This document shows, one piece after another, positions 11,931 through 22,609 of a stretch of DNA of 64,000 bases (its first letter is position 1; each line of letters begins with the position of its first letter). The DNA is from Tubiluchus corallicola (Eukaryota > Animalia > Priapulida), in assembly GCA_030141605.1 (NCBI GenBank), contig JAQGDQ010000007.1:355414-419413 (forward strand), written 5' to 3'. Position numbers and translations under genes: made by a program. The notes below the pieces were generated by a model, which did no database searches, was not told where the DNA came from, and was given only the letters and a program-made list of their open reading frames with translations.

Positions 11931-14900
11931 TTAACAAAAATCATAATGGGCTTGGTTATAATTTTGGCGTTTTTTTCTATGCTGTTGTGATCTGGGTATA
12001 AACTTTGACCGTTTCTCACTTGCAGAGCTGTTCAGATTCGCATCAAAATTCTCCTCACTGCTACTTCCATCAACTCGATTAATTGTTTTATGGCCCCTCT
12101 TATCTGCTACCCTTTCATGGCTCTCTTCCTCATCTGAGCTACTGAATGAAATCGGAGGAGGTCGCACCGCCCTTCGACGACGAGTTTGTGGAGCGGTTGC
12201 CCACTTTATTGCTTCCTCATCACTATCTTCCTCATCTGAACTGATCTTCTTTGTTTTCTTGTGGCTTTTCTGGATTTTCTGAGTAATTCTTACATTTGAT
12301 TTGGTGCGAACATTTAACCCTTTGTTCTGTATCTGCTCATCCACTTTTTCACCTGCTAAGCCCTTCTCGTGTCCTGCACGCAGACGATTCTCCAGTTCGT
12401 CCAAAGCATTTTTCATTTCAGGTTTTGCAAACTTGCGCGCGCCTTCAACAATTGCCGAGAGATTCGTGAAGACCTGCTCGTCGGCAAGTTTATCGGCAAA
12501 GCAGGAAAAGTTTTCCACCAATCTTTTAACTCCCCGATCGCTGTACGTCAGCAAGGACAGACAGTATGTGAGATCGTGCCACTGACGTTCTGATCTGGTC
12601 GTTCGCATTCTATGGCACAGCTTTTCCACCAAACTCTCTGAATGCTTGTCTTTTTGTATCAACGAAAATAAATGTTGCATAATTGATCTGAATTCATCTC
12701 CACTAACACCGCAGTCAGGATCTGATAATCTACTTATCACGTCAGGCATGATGTTGTATACGGCATTACCTTTCTTAGATAGTTCTTGAAAGAACAGTTT
12801 CACCAGCGCCGAAATTCTCTCATCTGAATCAAGCAAGCAGTGTGCCATCTCGCTGATTTGACCTTTGACTTTTACCATGTCGTTGAGAATCAGATGCGTC
12901 AGAACCATAATTGTGTTGCGCCTTACATGTGCGGATTCGTCGTGCAACCGAGCATATAAGTGTGCTGTCCATGGTTCCAAGAGATTTGGAAATCTGAAGC
13001 TAAGATCACCAAGTGCAATGATTGTGTTGGCCCGAATGATGGGATATGGGCTCTTCTCCAATATGGTGAACAGCAATTGCAAATTAGCTTCACAAAAATT
13101 TGTGCTAACAATCATAAACTTTGCTAAAGTCAAGCTGGCAGCAGCTTGCAGCTTAGCATCATTATATCTACCCGGATTAGAGCAGATATGTATTATTAAA
13201 GGTACAAATTGGGACAGCAAATTTTCACCAGTAACAACCTCATGATCACACAGTTTGCGCATGAAATCTGCCTCCACATCGTCGACAATAGCACCTGTCA
13301 ATCCCATTTCATCTTCGGTCGTTTCAACGTCATGTTTCTTGGTTTTTGACGCTAATTTAAGTTTACCAGAATGTCTTCGTCTTTTCTCTTCTGTTTCAAT
13401 ATGACGACGTCTCTTTAGCTCGTTCAAGATGCAGACATCAAGATGTACTAACTGCTTCAGTGCAACATGACCGACGACAGTTATCAGGCGAGTAAGATAT
13501 ACAGAGGATATTTTACACTGCTGCTGTGGTTTATCTTCACTGTTGCTCTTATTGTTGTCGATTGCATTGTTTCTCTCCAACACGGTTTTTGTCAAACGTT
13601 TAATCACATCACTGCAAATGATGTCAGGATGCTCGGCCAGCTTATATATAACAGCAACAGCTTCTTCAGCAAATGGAACATAGTGCATATCATCCACTTT
13701 CACAGCACCAGACACAAGAATGTCAGCCAGTCGAGTAAACATATCATTTTTTTCATTGAACCTATAGGAAGTTTCTTGGACATCAGCAGTTTTATGCTTG
13801 GACCTAGCCATTTTTAACAACGCAGTGCAAACTGATTGTGCAAGCTGAAAATCATTGCAGTTATGAAGTCCTTGCTCAATTAGTATCTTAACGTTGCTGC
13901 GTACAATATCAACCTCAGCGCTTGCTGCCATGGCGATCAGTTTCAACGCAGCACGTCGCTCGCTGTCAGTGGTTCCGGGGTGCTTCATTGCAAATGTCTC
14001 CCAGAGCATTTGTATGATATCAGTCCCAATTTCTTCAGTTTTCACAAATTCACTAATCAGTTCTTCTAGTGAGGTCACTTCTGCAAGGTTGGCATCAACA
14101 GTCAAAGCAATCAGGTTTTTTACGATCGCCATTGTTCGGACTCTTTCGTTTTCGCCCGAGGACTGGAGATACAGACGCTTATAAGCTGCTACCAAAGTTT
14201 CCTTGACTCCTGGTTCTGTAGACCAAATTAGCATCAACATTTGTCGCACACCGATCATGGAATTAGACACGCCAAATTCTGATGCAGTAACAAAAAACTC
14301 AATGGCTTCCAAAACATCCGTTTTATTTTTTGAGCCCAGGAGTTGACAAACCAGGGGCAAAGCTGTTTGCATTTGTGATGCAAAACTAACACAATCTTTC
14401 AAGTACTGAACGAGAATCCGCTGTTTCACGACCTCACTGTCAACATTTTCTTGTTCATTTTCCATCACTTCCAGTACCACAGCAGAAGTCATAAAAGCAA
14501 AAAAAATGTTTTTTGCAAGCCTTAAAAATTTAGAAGTCTTAGATTTCTTATCGTTATCCTGTGACTCCTCTACAAAGCTTTCTTCTTCAAAGGAATCTCG
14601 ACTGTCTTCTACAAAAAATTCACTAGCCTTTGGAAAATTTTCTAATGCACTATGCATCAACTTGACTGCTTCAGTGAGTCTTCCATCTTGAAAATATTTT
14701 CCGATTCTTGAAGCGACGCTACTTGCGGTTTCATCATTGCCGATGCTTATATCAGTTTCTTTACCAACAGCCTCAAGTCGCTGACTGCCTACAAGAGTTG
14801 GCAGCAGTTCTTCGAGGACATTTTTAACGTTATGTTCAAGTTCTGTCCATTTAGTTTCCACGTCAAATTCACTAGTTTCTTTTTGTTGTTCTGCTAAGGT

Positions 14901-16265
14901 AATTTCTTTCAATTTTTCTACTTCCTTTTCAAGCTTTTCTTTTAATTCGCTAGTTGGAAGTTGTGCTGCGTAAGGATTATGCTTCAAATATGCAGTCAGA
15001 AATTGGATTGCAGCCTTGCGCACCATGCTTGACTTGTCCTGAAGGCGACCAGTTACAAGCTCAATCAACTTCTGCTGCCGTGGTAAAGGAATAGCTTTCT
15101 TATTAGAAATGGAAAACCATATTTGAAGGACTTTGCTCCGTACAAAAGCATTTACGTCGTGGATATGCTCTTCCAGGTGATCAAGAAACTGATTCCTTGT
15201 TGATTTCAGTTTCTGATCAGTTTGTTCGTCGCTAAGCATATTAATTACGAGTTCTCCCATCACGCCAAGTACAGCATTTCTCATTACGTATGAGTCTTCG
15301 TGCAGATAGTCGACTATAACGCTAACACATGGAAGCACAGCAGATGGAATTTTCTCAGCTATTTCTACCATAAATGTTGCATGCGCTCTAGCACTTGAGT
15401 TGTCACGCAACAACTCTTTAGCATCCAATCTGCCTATTTCTCTGATAACATCAAATACCACACTTTTCAGTCCAAACTCATTAACAAAAATTTCCATGCA
15501 TTGAGGCAAGTGTATACCCAGGTGTTCAAAATGCTGCAAGAGTTGAACGATTTTCAGACTGGCGCTTAAACCATGATTGTACCGTTTTACCATCTCACCA
15601 AGTAGGAAAAAGACTGCATCCCTTGTTGCTTTATTTCGATTTACATCGGGATTTTCCAGTAACTTATAACAAACCCCAGTTACAAGATTAACAAAATCCT
15701 CTTCTGGTACAGGAGGGTTCCACAGTTGGATAAGTTTCAGTTGCGACAACTGCAGCAACAGTTGCACAGCGTCGTTCCGCTCATGTTCCCAATCCCAGCC
15801 GGCATTGTTCTTCTTGCTTGCTTTTACCTTGCTGCGAGCCGTTTCCATGATATTGCGGGGTTTCACATCATCTGCCTCAAATAGTTCTACTAGTTGACAA
15901 AGAAGATAACAGCTCATTTTAACAATGTTCAGAAACACCCGTGTTTCCGAGGAACTTTTTGTAGGATTTTGCAACAGTTCCGGAAGTTTGGAACAAAGTT
16001 TCTCGGCCACTTTCAAAATAAGTTTCCACGTTTCAAGTCTCACTTCTGCACCAGCAGAAGCAAAGTGATGCAGTACACTATAACCAGTGTCGAAGTGCTC
16101 TATAACAGCTTTTACACCATTTGTTGAAACAGCAATACGCCACTTATGCACCTCGCTCTGAAGGTTACGTATGGGAGTAACCACCTTTACTTTATACTGT
16201 CTTGAATCCTTAGATGACTGCAAGTCTGCTTTAGCAAGTGGTATTACAAAATCAAAATCGGCCAT
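11931..16265 (-). CDS. NCAPD2: Condensin I complex subunit 1 (CAP-D2/Cnd1), 1444 aa, single coding exon
   Basis: Uninterrupted ORF with Cnd1 N-terminal region (LWNPPVPEEDFVNLV), HEAT repeats (HIHDVNAFVRSKVLQIW, RLQDKSSMVRKAAIQ), Cnd1 domain (IRANTIIALGDLSFRFPNLLEPWTAHLYARLHD...LTHLILNDMVKVKGQISEMA) and a charged tail. Confidence 0.97.
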   Translation of the reverse strand: MADFDFVIPLAKADLQSSKDSRQYKVKVVTPIRNLQSEVHKWRIAVSTNGVKAVIEHFDTGYSVLHHFASAGAEVRLETWKLILKVAEKLCSKLPELLQNPTKSSSETRVFLNIVKMSCYLLCQLVELFEADDVKPRNIMETARSKVKASKKNNAGWDWEHERNDAVQLLLQLSQLKLIQLWNPPVPEEDFVNLVTGVCYKLLENPDVNRNKATRDAVFFLLGEMVKRYNHGLSASLKIVQLLQHFEHLGIHLPQCMEIFVNEFGLKSVVFDVIREIGRLDAKELLRDNSSARAHATFMVEIAEKIPSAVLPCVSVIVDYLHEDSYVMRNAVLGVMGELVINMLSDEQTDQKLKSTRNQFLDHLEEHIHDVNAFVRSKVLQIWFSISNKKAIPLPRQQKLIELVTGRLQDKSSMVRKAAIQFLTAYLKHNPYAAQLPTSELKEKLEKEVEKLKEITLAEQQKETSEFDVETKWTELEHNVKNVLEELLPTLVGSQRLEAVGKETDISIGNDETASSVASRIGKYFQDGRLTEAVKLMHSALENFPKASEFFVEDSRDSFEEESFVEESQDNDKKSKTSKFLRLAKNIFFAFMTSAVVLEVMENEQENVDSEVVKQRILVQYLKDCVSFASQMQTALPLVCQLLGSKNKTDVLEAIEFFVTASEFGVSNSMIGVRQMLMLIWSTEPGVKETLVAAYKRLYLQSSGENERVRTMAIVKNLIALTVDANLAEVTSLEELISEFVKTEEIGTDIIQMLWETFAMKHPGTTDSERRAALKLIAMAASAEVDIVRSNVKILIEQGLHNCNDFQLAQSVCTALLKMARSKHKTADVQETSYRFNEKNDMFTRLADILVSGAVKVDDMHYVPFAEEAVAVIYKLAEHPDIICSDVIKRLTKTVLERNNAIDNNKSNSEDKPQQQCKISSVYLTRLITVVGHVALKQLVHLDVCILNELKRRRHIETEEKRRRHSGKLKLASKTKKHDVETTEDEMGLTGAIVDDVEADFMRKLCDHEVVTGENLLSQFVPLIIHICSNPGRYNDAKLQAAASLTLAKFMIVSTNFCEANLQLLFTILEKSPYPIIRANTIIALGDLSFRFPNLLEPWTAHLYARLHDESAHVRRNTIMVLTHLILNDMVKVKGQISEMAHCLLDSDERISALVKLFFQELSKKGNAVYNIMPDVISRLSDPDCGVSGDEFRSIMQHLFSLIQKDKHSESLVEKLCHRMRTTRSERQWHDLTYCLSLLTYSDRGVKRLVENFSCFADKLADEQVFTNLSAIVEGARKFAKPEMKNALDELENRLRAGHEKGLAGEKVDEQIQNKGLNVRTKSNVRITQKIQKSHKKTKKISSDEEDSDEEAIKWATAPQTRRRRAVRPPPISFSSSDEEESHERVADKRGHKTINRVDGSSSEENFDANLNSSASEKRSKFIPRSQQHRKKRQNYNQAHYDFC

Positions 16266-16352
16266 TGCTACATCAAAACTGACTCAAAGAATAGTTTAGT
16301 ATTCTTGTGTTAGCAGAATTTCTCCAAATGTAATTTGCTGCTTCTTTAACTG

Positions 16353-16371
16353 CTGAAAGAAAAAAATAAAA
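16353..16371 (-). promoter_or_regulatory. 3' splice acceptor 87 nt upstream of the NCAPD2 ATG (5'UTR intron or trans-splice acceptor)
   Basis: Minus strand reads TTTTATTTTTTTCTTTCAG|CAG. Confidence 0.6.
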
Positions 16372-19300
16372 CATAAATAACTTACAAATTTGATCTGTTA
16401 CTCAAATCCCTTATCAATTTAATGATAATTATAATTGTACAAAAAAGCGATTAATACTTGATGAGAATAAGTATAATGTCGATTAGTGCACTCATTACTG
16501 TTTCATGACTTTTTTGCATACGCACGCCCCATTTTGGGCTTAGGGGACATAACTTTAAATTATGCAAATTCTCTTTTTGTAACAGAATCGTAGATATTTG
16601 GAATTTTTTAACTTTGACACAGTTAAATGCCTCTAATGTTAAATATTTTACATCATTGTTAGAGAATGAAAACTTGTTGCAACATTGTAAATTTGAGCGT
16701 AACTTGTTAAGAGAGAGCCTTTCCTTTCCTCTTGTATTTCCTTTTATTACATTGTAACACTATTTTGAAAAGAATAAATTAATTAAAATCAATCACTATT
16801 ACGTATTCAAAATGTATAACAATGTAGCTAAAGATTAGTTTTTACCATCCATGTACAAAATTCAAAATTCCAGTACTTTTGTTGCCATTAAGCAACATCA
16901 GCAGCGAACAAATCTAACATTGCCGTTTAAGTATAGTAAGAATACAGTAGGTGTAGAGTACCGATTAACTAGGAGGTCCATGTTAGTTAACAATTCTGCT
17001 TTTTTTAAACACTGAAAAAATCGGCTTATAAGTGACAAATTTGTTTTCGAGCAAAAGCGTACTCTGTACTAATGCACTAAAATGCCTACTAACTTCCTTG
17101 TCACTCATATTCTATTATTTATAAGGACCACTGTCATGTTACTGCTTGAATTCCAGTAAGAGCTTTTGGTACTGCTAGAACACAATATACTTGCCTTACA
17201 GTACACCAAAAAATGGTCTGCAACCGGAGAATTATGTTGCTCACTGTGCGTACTTTCTGACCACCTATTTCAGATAACCTGTAGAAAAGCTTTTCATCAA
17301 GATCACTCTGTTTTTTTCGAAAACAGTAACTGAAATCATCATGCACACTTTGACTGACAAGCACTGCAATTGAACTACAGTAAACTCTGCGTAACTCAAA
17401 ATTTTTGCCTAACTCAAAGAATATCAGAGGAACGGATAAAATTCTTCGTTTTTCCCAAAAAAAATATCGCACAACTCAAAACATATAACTTTAAGTTTCG
17501 CCTAACGCAAAAATGCCGTTTATACTCTAGAAAAATAAAAAGTTTCGTGCAACACAAAAACAGTATTGTCTTCCAGGAAACTTCTGCTGTCTTACAAGTC
17601 GCGCCCCCAGATTTTTTTCTCTGGAATTGGTAGGCTAGCCCCGCTGTCATATTGTTTAACGGTGTTGTGTACAAGTCCTTTAGTAACATTAAAAATTGTT
17701 TCACTATATAATTTGTTATTCTTCATGTAATTGTCATGAAATCTTGTCGTCTAGGTATAAAAGGGTTTCTGCCCTCTATTTAGCTCACCGTCTGGAGGAG
17801 GGATTAAGGGTTTACAGGCTGAAAAATGGTCAACATCCCCTAACTCAGTTTTTTCCATCCGGTTGGATTTGAGATATGCAGAGTTTACTGTACTTGCAAA
17901 CTGCAAAACAAGCATATTTTCAAATATCATGATGTCATCAACATAAGCAACAGTTAAAGAAAGTATGAGGTATAAAAAACAGCTAGAGAACAAGTTGCTG
18001 ACAATCATTCAGGCTTATGTATTCTCAAGTTTGACAGATAGTGAGTACTGAGTTGCACATTACGAATCACTCCTGATCTTTCCGTATGACTAAGCGCGAT
18101 TTATGCAAGATACGTTTATGTACGTCATCTGAAAATTAAACTAAATGAGTTAAAAAAAGATAAAGTGTTCGGGGAAAGTATATGTATTACTATTAGTATT
18201 ACAGCAGTTACCAAAATCGGTTAGGCTAGATAGACGACTAGGGCCAAATGTTTCTATCCGTGCATAAGTTACAATCATATCTACCAATTTCTGTTAGTCT
18301 AATAAGCCGTATCAAACAAAAATATAGCAAATACTTGCAGCAATCAAAATCAAATTTTTAATAACCACAAAATTTAACATTTCTGCCTACTTATTTCGTA
18401 AAAGGCGCCACAATGCGATAACAATTCGGAGTGTCGTAATGCTCATGGAATGGGGGAATTTATGTCAAACAGAATCGTGATTTTGAATGTCTTCCATGTG
18501 CAATGTACTCGAACTTTTGTGTTGTAACTGAATTCATAATTCATATAAACCTACCTGCATACAACAGACACGCCAATAAGGAAAAACACCATTTCCAAAC
18601 ATAAGTGCAAAAAACCTTTGGGTATTAAATAATACCCAATAATGGTCAAAATAATTATGCGATGTTTTGCTTGTTGGCCTATCAAGTGTGTGAATTGAAT
18701 ATAATATTTTTATTTCATGGAATTAATTAAAGCTTCGCTGTTGTTTTAAATTTTAAGTTCATTATATTGCATTATAACACTGTTGCTCACAGCAGTGGAG
18801 AACACTAGTCATATCATAACGTTTTGAATGCATTATTTATCGTTCAATGATGTATATTTTGGCAAGAAAGATCTTTATTATTATTTATTTAATTAAACAT
18901 TAAATAATAATGAATGTCGTTGTGAATATTCACATGTTAATATCTCAGGCTGGTACGCTGACTAAAACAGAAACGACCAATCAGGGGCAATCATTTCACT
19001 GTGTGACCAATGAGAATACTGATTATTTACTTATACAGCTTACATCATGGACAGGGGTTAAGCATAAATGACCCTTTTTACCCCTCCAATCTTCTCTGGA
19101 TGCTTTTTTTATGTTGAATGTTCTAGCAGGTGGTGGCACTAATGATACGATCTGGAAGATAACATCAGTGTGTTCTTTGTGCAATGGATAGTGGCAGTTT
19201 CCCTCAAAAATCAAAACATCTTGCTGCCATTGCTGAAGTCTAAAATCAATATATTTGTATGGACGATTGGCCCAGAATCAACCAAATCGAACTCTAAGCC

Positions 19301-19698
19301 ACCGTTTCTAAATGCCCGCTATACTGACAGCTACCACTGTTATAAATATTCCTCCAAACATTAATAGCAGCAAATACATAAATATTTTTAAAAAGTCATT
19401 GAAACGTCAGATATTTCTGTCTTAAGTCTCATGTTAAATATTCACTTGGCTGGTGATTCGCATCAATCCACTGGTGGTTTCTGGTCAAAAATCAGTTGCA
19501 GCTGTTCTGAACGTGATCATTGTTTCCTCATTTTTTGTTTCCTTTGACTGTCTATGTTTCCTATGTTTTCTTTCTACAAACTGCAAATAGCTCTTCTTTC
19601 TACAAACTAACAAATTGCTTTTCTTTATTCTCCTCTTCTCTCATCATCTTCATTTTTCATTCTTTATTTCAGATTTCAAGGCAGCTTAACAAGGTTCA

Positions 19699-19701
<3 letters not shown>

Positions 19702-19743
<42 letters not shown>
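19702..19743. repeat. (TA)n microsatellite
   Basis: Direct observation. Confidence 0.9.
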
Positions 19744-19749
<6 letters not shown>

Positions 19750-20129
19750 GATATATATGCAAAGAAAGCTACTTTATTTTAGCGAGAATTCTATTACACA
19801 AAAAGATGAAGGAATGAGAAATGATTATACTAAACGTGAAAATCTGAAAAACGTTTGAGTAAGTATAAATGCGTATGTATAAGTCCGTGTTAGATCTGTG
19901 TGCGATGTGCGATATGCGTTCCCGTGTTGGCAGCCTGCTTCGCCTTATAGCGCACTGCAGACACTACTCGAACAAACATTAATGTTCGAGAACAATCCAG
20001 ACGCTAAGGCAGTCATTCCGACGGAACATTCTACGATGTTCTATGCCAGCGTCAGCGATCTCCACAACAATTTTATTCCAATTTTGTTTGTGATATTTGA
20101 TTGTATTAGATTAATATGTCACTACCTAC

Positions 20130-20690
20130 CAGTTTAAATCTTCATGTATTATAACTCCCATGTTTCGTGATATAAATAAAATACATTTCGTCTTACTGGG
20201 ATTTGAAGTTAATTCATTTGCTTTGAAACTGACAGAAATTTTGTTTAAGATATTGTTCACCGTGATGCTATTGTTAACAAAATTTGTTTCATTGAAAAAT
20301 AAGTTTGTATCATCAGCAAACTGGAATACGTAATCTTTAGCACTAACTTGATAAAAGTGATTTGTTATACAGTGTGTCTTAGATTACACACAGTGAGGTT
20401 TCTCATTATTAAAATATGCAAAAAAACCTTTCAAACAAAGAATTTCCCGATCGAATTAGTTCAAGTAAGCATGTATCAAATAATAGTAAAGTATATATAA
20501 ATTTGAATGATTGGTGATTTGGCAGTTCCATAAGATCTGCCTTCTTCTTTCTAGAAGGCATGTATCACTGAAGTCAAGCCTATTTCATTCATTCTTGTAA
20601 TATTTCTATAATATTTTCTCAAAGTCTACATATCCTTAACAGTGCTTTAGTTCTAACATTAATTTCCGTTAATTTTGGAAAATCATGTTA
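20130..20690 (-). mobile_element. Degenerate CR1/L2/Crack-group reverse transcriptase fragment
   Basis: Minus-strand VFQFADDTNLF (about 20297-20330) and FKANELTSNPSKTKCI (about 20180-20228); boundaries approximate. Confidence 0.65.
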
Positions 20691-20789
20691 GTTACGTTTT
20701 AATAATAAATCCTTTGTTCAATGAACAAAACCCAAGTAAGCAAGTAAAGAATAGTCAGCAAAGTTTGATTAGTCAGCAAACAGCAGCTG

Positions 20790-21948
20790 ATGCCTACACA
20801 ACAAGGTGAGAGAGAAATGAGTGCCTGTAATGCAGCGGAAATAACCTTGGATTCAGCCTCTACTTTAGCTGGACATGTGCAGCCTATTTCAGACATTCAA
20901 AAATTTGTAGAAGGATTCCAGAAGCAACTGACGTTCATTAGTAGCAAAGTTGTGAGGATTGATGACCTTATGGGAGAAGTTGCTGAGGTAACCAAATCGC
21001 AAGATTTTGTAAGCCACAAATTTGATGGTTTTCAAGAACAACTGAACAAATATCAACAAGACATGGAACATTTGAGAGACGAAAACAAGGTACTGAAAAC
21101 CACTGTTAAAACATTACAAAACAGACTAAAAACTACGGAAAATGAACTAGACAAACTAGAACAATATGAGCGTAGAGACACATTGGAGATTCCTGTAATT
21201 CCTCATGAAGCTACAAATGACATAGTGCTAAGTGTAGCCAGAAATATGGGAGTGGAATTACACCCGCAAGATATTAGTACATCACATAGACTGGTAGCAC
21301 CTAAAAATGGAGGGCCTCCATGAATTATTGTAAAGTTCACAAGACGTGACAAACTGGATGAACTTTATGGTGCTAGAAGAAATGCCGGAAGCACTAAAAA
21401 TCTTGACTATGCATCGTATACTGATAACCGGATCTACATCAACGAATCCTTGACTTCAACAAGGAGAAAACTACACAAACAATGTAGGGACTATGCTAAG
21501 GACCACAAAATGAGTACTGCTGGACAAAATACGGGAAGATGTACATCTTTGGTTGATCAATCTACTGTTTTTTTTATCGGATTTTTTGTAGTTAATGCTC
21601 ATATTATCCTTTTTTCTGTTATGTTAAAAATCTTAAGTTACTTTTATTTTGTTTGCATCGCATATTCACAGTATTTAGAATTGTAAATTTTTGGTTATTT
21701 AAATTATAATGTTCTACAATATTGCATTTCCCATCAGTTAATTGCCAATTACACACGGCAACAGAATTTAAATTTAAATAGAAAACGGTGCCAAAATTAA
21801 TTTTACTTAATCGTTGCTTTTTAAGGGTGGCTGATTAGATAACCTACGTGTTCTTCGCTGCCCTTCTCTTTTGTTATGTAACATTGCATGTATTCCTAAT
21901 ACTGTATTTTGTTAATTCTTGAGGAGTTAATAAATGAATTGAATTGAA
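20790..21948 (+). mobile_element. LINE (Crack/L2-group) remnant: coiled-coil/RRM-type ORF1 joined to a 3'UTR with stem-loop and (TGAAT)n tail; ORF2 absent
   Basis: Coiled coil, then LEQYERRDTLEI...QDISTSHRL...PP*IIVKFTRRD...RIYINESLT...WTKYGKMYI; stem-loop at 21823-21865; AATAAATGAATTGAATTGAA tail at 21929-21948. Confidence 0.8.
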
Positions 21949-22183
21949 GAATAAACGTTCCAATAGTTCACGCGAATTCTTTTGCTTTAACACTAATTTT
22001 GTCACTTTTCCATATTTGCTTCCAATGTGACTGGTTTAAACCAGCCTATGTTTTTGAGTTGAAAGAGTAAATGATGCAGGGCTCTGGTATCATCATAGTC
22101 TTAGAAAATTTCCCATTTTCCTGCCCGACTTTGGCGGCGACGATTTCTGTCACTGCTCGTGACAGTTTGCAATTGGTATATTA

Positions 22184-22609
22184 TGTTGGGAGCCGAGTGG
22201 ACCACTGAGCTAAGTAGACAGGTGATCCGTTTCACTACCTCTTGGGCAAATAATTGTTTTCTTATAAGCAAATGTTCTAGCGATCTATGTGTCCTACATG
22301 GGCTAGCGAGCCATGTAGGACAGTGCCCTACATGTTAATACTACTGATAATATTAAAACTAATTATCCTTGCTTTTCTTAAATGTTAAAAATTACTTTTT
22401 TACCAACAAGTTTTTTACCAACCAACAAGCACAATTTTTAATAAAATGAAGAAACTTTCACAGAATTTTCAAAAATTTGACAAAATTACCGATTCTCGAC
22501 AAAAATCGCTAGTGTCCTACTTGGGCTGCCCATGTAGGACACTACTTTTAGCGCATCGGTTTTACCGCAAGTGGTTTACTTGGCTCAGTGGTCAACTCGG
22601 CTCCCTACA
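22184..22609. mobile_element. MITE (426 bp) with TGT...ACA ends and ~36-bp TIRs
   Basis: TGTTGGGAGCCGAGTGGACCACTGAGCTAAGTAGAC versus GTTTACTTGGCTCAGTGGTCAACTCGGCTCCCTACA; flanked by TATTA on both sides; two internal GTGTCCTAC..GTAGGACA hairpins. Confidence 0.85.

Noticed and set aside
12301-16127. Several + strand ORFs of 60-126 aa
   Set aside because: Antisense shadows of the NCAPD2 CDS with no protein motifs
21321-21323. In-frame TGA as selenocysteine or readthrough (also 62621-62623)
   Set aside because: Both lie in decaying LINE ORFs and are best explained as CGA>TGA and GGA>TGA nonsense mutations
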